Shown here: positions 61,300 to 64,000 of the stretch, piece by piece
Numbering within the stretch: position 1 is the first letter of the stretch
Layout: each line of letters opens with the position of its first letter
From: Gemmatimonas sp.
GTDB lineage: Bacteria; Gemmatimonadota; Gemmatimonadetes; Gemmatimonadales; Gemmatimonadaceae
Length of the DNA stretch: 64,000 bases
NCBI GenBank assembly: GCA_031414535.1
Contig: JANNVQ010000008.1
Span: 1-64,000 of the forward strand
Direction: 5' to 3'
Program-made: the position numbers and the translations under genes
Notes under the pieces: model-generated
Told to the model about the DNA's origin: nothing
What the model saw: only the letters and a program-made list of their open reading frames with translations
Database searches by the model: none

Positions 61300-61769
61300 T
61301 TCGTCACTCCATCACTATTGGTTGGGCCGATGCGCCACTCAAGCGCTTTGTGGATGACGCGCGTTTGGAACACGCCATCTTGATGCACACGAGTGGCCAA
61401 GTGCTCGCACAGGTTGGATTTCAACGCTCGATTGACGTGCAGACCGCCTGCGCGCTCTCGGCGGCCATCAACGCGTCGGCCGATCACTTGGGGAAGATGG
61501 TGGACGGGCGCCCGTTCACCGGTCTGCATTATGGTGGGAAGGCGCGACAGATTTATCTTGGCTTACTGCAGACATCGAGCGGTCCGCTGCTGCTGCTGGC
61601 CGTGTTCGACACCGAAAGTTCGCTGGGCATCGTGCAGCTCTATCTCAAGGAGCTGCAGGCGCACGTAGCGGCAGCCGCTCCGGCGGCGGAAGACGAATCG
61701 CCGGCCTTGGCTGAGAACTTTGAGTCGGATCTCAACCGCAACCTCGCCCAACTCTTCGGGAGGGGCTGA
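61296..61769 (+). CDS. mglB: MglB-like GTPase-activating roadblock protein
   Basis: SGQVLAQ.G, ALSAA...A, F..L.Y.G, VFD.ESSLG.V.L and an acidic C-terminal helix; immediately upstream of mglA. Confidence 0.75.
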   Translation: MIRHSITIGWADAPLKRFVDDARLEHAILMHTSGQVLAQVGFQRSIDVQTACALSAAINASADHLGKMVDGRPFTGLHYGGKARQIYLGLLQTSSGPLLLLAVFDTESSLGIVQLYLKELQAHVAAAAPAAEDESPALAENFESDLNRNLAQLFGRG

Positions 61770-61803
61770 TGCGAGACTCCATCCATCACCGCGAGACCGT
61801 CCA

Positions 61804-62403
61804 GTGAGCCTCGTTAACTACGCCACGCGCGAGATCACCTGCAAGATTGTCTACTACGGACCAGGTCGGTCCGGCAAGACGACCAATCTGCATTACATCC
61901 ACGGTCAGGTGCCGACGGATCGTAAGGGGCAGATGGTGTCGCTCGCCACGCAGACCGACCGCACGCTGTTCTTTGACTTCCTGCCGATTGATCTCGGAAC
62001 CATCTCCGGCTTCTCGACGAGATTCCAGCTGTACACGGTGCCCGGGCAGGTCTACTACCAGACCACGCGCAAGCTTGTGCTGCAAGGCGCGGACGGGGTG
62101 GTGTTTGTGGCGGATTCGCAGTCGCGGCAGCTGCAGGAGAACATCGAAAGTTTTCAGGACCTGCACGAGAATTTGGCGGAGCAGGGCGTGGACGCGCGCA
62201 GCATGCCGCTGGTGGTGCAGTACAACAAAATTGATTTGCCCGACGAATTACGCACGCCGGTGCCCGAGCTCGAGGACGCCATCAATTTCCGCGGCGTCCC
62301 ATCGTTCTCCGCGGACGCGCTGCACGGCCCGGGGGTGTTTGAGACGCTACGCGGCATCTCGGAACAGGTGTTGCGTAAGCTGAGCGCTGGGCGGAACGGC
62401 TAG
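61804..62403 (+). CDS. mglA: MglA-family small Ras-like GTPase
   Basis: KIVYYGPGRSGKTTNL, DRTLFFDF, YTVPGQV, GADGVVFVADS and QYNKID. Confidence 0.93.
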   Translation: MSLVNYATREITCKIVYYGPGRSGKTTNLHYIHGQVPTDRKGQMVSLATQTDRTLFFDFLPIDLGTISGFSTRFQLYTVPGQVYYQTTRKLVLQGADGVVFVADSQSRQLQENIESFQDLHENLAEQGVDARSMPLVVQYNKIDLPDELRTPVPELEDAINFRGVPSFSADALHGPGVFETLRGISEQVLRKLSAGRNG

Positions 62404-62404
62404 G

Positions 62405-64000
62405 ATGCGTCTCGACCCTCGCTTCACCTTTGAACGCTTGGTGGTCGGCGCGGCGAATCGTCTCGCGGCCGCGGCGGCGCGGGCCGTGGCCGAAGCGCCG
62501 GGCACGACCTACAACCCGCTCTTCATCTACGGCGGCTCCGGGCTCGGGAAGACGCATCTGCTCACCGCCACGGCGCATCTGCTTCAGCACCTGCAGCCGA
62601 AGGCCGAAGTGCTCGCGCTTTCGCTGGACGAGTTCTCGGAGCAGTATCACGCCGCCGTGAGCGCGGGCGAGACATCGGCCTTTGGGCATCGCATTGCCGG
62701 GGTGGACCTGCTGCTGCTCGACGATTTGCAGTTTGTGACTGGGCGGCGGGAGATGCAGGCGGAATTGTTGCGCCTCTTCTCCGTGATGCAGGACAGCAAT
62801 CGGCAAATTGTCTGCGCCAGCGACCGTCCACCGTCAGAGATTGCCGACGTGGATGAGCGTTTGATTTCGCGGATGGCGGGTGGCCTCGTGGTGGATGTGG
62901 GGCTGCCGGAGTATGAGGCTCGCGTGGCCATTCTTCGCTCGGCCATCGCTGAGCGCGAGATTAGTGTGCCCGATGGCGCGGTGGAGCGCCTCGCCGAGCG
63001 CGGCATCTCCAGTGTGCGCGAGTTGCAGGGCTTGCTGAATCAGTGGATTGCACAGGAGTCCATGGGCGCCAGTGCTCGCAAGATGCCAACGCCGATGCCC
63101 GGCGGTGTGGATGCGTTACGGCCCTCCGGCGAGTTCCTCTCCTTTCTCTCCGATGTGGCCGCTGTGGTGCAGGAGCAGGTGGAGACATGGCAGGTGCGTC
63201 TGCGCGAGGTGATTGCGTACTGGAAGGGCGAGGGCTATCGCACGGCGGTGCTCGAGCGCGCCCTCGCCCTGCCAAGCGAACCCGATGTGCAGGGACTGCT
63301 TGCCATTTATGTGCAGGCGGTGGATCACTTGCGGGTGCTGGAGCGCGAGGCCACGGCGGTGGACGGATCCCTTGGCGGTCACGAACTGTTTCGCGATCCC
63401 GAGCGCCTACAAGAAGCCGAAGAGTTCGTGGACAAGGCACTCGCTGGTGAGTTCCCCCCGGGTGGGCCCAATCCGTCGTTTACGCGCGAAGGCTTTGACG
63501 TTGGCTCGGCAAATCAGCTCGCCGTGCACGCTGCCGACGCCGTGATTGCCCAGCCGGGTACCCGCTACAACCCCTTGCTCATCACGGGGCCGAGCGGCGT
63601 GGGCAAGACGCACCTCGTGCACGCTATCGGTAACGCCATTGCCGCGCGCAGCGAGGGGCAGGTGCTGGCGGCCTGCGTGCATGCGCAGGCGCTGGTGGAT
63701 GAATTGATCGCGGCCATTCAACAGGGCACGGTGGAGCGGTGGAGAGCGCGCTACCGTGCGGCCGGTATCCTGGTGATTGACGACATCCAGTTCCTCGCGG
63801 GTAAGGAGCGCACGCAGGACGAGTTCTTCTTCGTATTCAATGCGCTCATCGAGGACGGCAAACAGATTATCCTCTCGTCGGATCGCGTGCCGTCCGAGAT
63901 ACCCGACCTTGCCGCGCGCCTGCGGTCGCGCTTCGAGGGCGGACTCATAGCGGAGATTCAGTCGCCGGACCGTCCGTTGCGCGAGAAGCTTGCGGCGCGA
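62405..64000 (+). CDS. Protein with two tandem DnaA/Hda-type AAA+ domains (runs off the window; absent from the ORF track)
   Basis: Hand translation from ATG 62405 is open to the window end. Domain 1: YNPLFIYGGSGLGKTHL, LLDDLQF, SDRPP, RLISR, SVRELQG. Domain 2: YNPLLITGPSGVGKTHL, IDDIQFL, SSDR, RLRSRFEGG. Confidence 0.9.
   Translation, partial: MRLDPRFTFERLVVGAANRLAAAAARAVAEAPGTTYNPLFIYGGSGLGKTHLLTATAHLLQHLQPKAEVLALSLDEFSEQYHAAVSAGETSAFGHRIAGVDLLLLDDLQFVTGRREMQAELLRLFSVMQDSNRQIVCASDRPPSEIADVDERLISRMAGGLVVDVGLPEYEARVAILRSAIAEREISVPDGAVERLAERGISSVRELQGLLNQWIAQESMGASARKMPTPMPGGVDALRPSGEFLSFLSDVAAVVQEQVETWQVRLREVIAYWKGEGYRTAVLERALALPSEPDVQGLLAIYVQAVDHLRVLEREATAVDGSLGGHELFRDPERLQEAEEFVDKALAGEFPPGGPNPSFTREGFDVGSANQLAVHAADAVIAQPGTRYNPLLITGPSGVGKTHLVHAIGNAIAARSEGQVLAACVHAQALVDELIAAIQQGTVERWRARYRAAGILVIDDIQFLAGKERTQDEFFFVFNALIEDGKQIILSSDRVPSEIPDLAARLRSRFEGGLIAEIQSPDRPLREKLAAR

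Noticed and set aside
62405..64000. Calling the last ORF the canonical dnaA
   Set aside because: It lacks domains I/II, has two AAA+ domains, and sits in an mgl context rather than the usual rpmH-dnaA one.

Overview
This is a GC-rich bacterial chromosomal window. Gene content and order suggest Gemmatimonadota, which is an inference. The left part (1-33 kb) is accessory and envelope metabolism: an NmrA-family protein, a multi-PAS hybrid kinase, a stand-alone light-dependent protochlorophyllide oxidoreductase (LPOR), an LDH-family enzyme, a decayed HDOD gene, several secreted peptidases/hydrolases, an LpoB/COG3014 lipoprotein operon, a CruG-like carotenoid glycosyltransferase and a three-gene transhydrogenase. 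The middle part holds a six-gene non-canonical chaperone/usher-like pilus cluster behind a predicted sigma-54 promoter, with three paralogous subunits ending in TAP. It is followed by an AT-rich convergent intergenic region with DnaA-box-like motifs (candidate oriC). The right part (41.8-64 kb) is one co-directional run: tilS-hpt-ftsH, yggS-divIVA-pnp-ileS-dksA-lspA-rluD, then cheW-cheY-cheA-cheC with no receptor in the window. These abut a TPR protein, a DUF4388 protein, three roadblock/MglB proteins, an MglA GTPase and an ORF missing from the track that carries two tandem DnaA-type AAA+ domains. This last module is the best candidate for an undescribed system. A heptamer-based palindromic element occurs four times, twice in frame inside ileS, which also has a non-canonical GIHH signature. 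All family assignments come from motif recognition by eye, not database searches.
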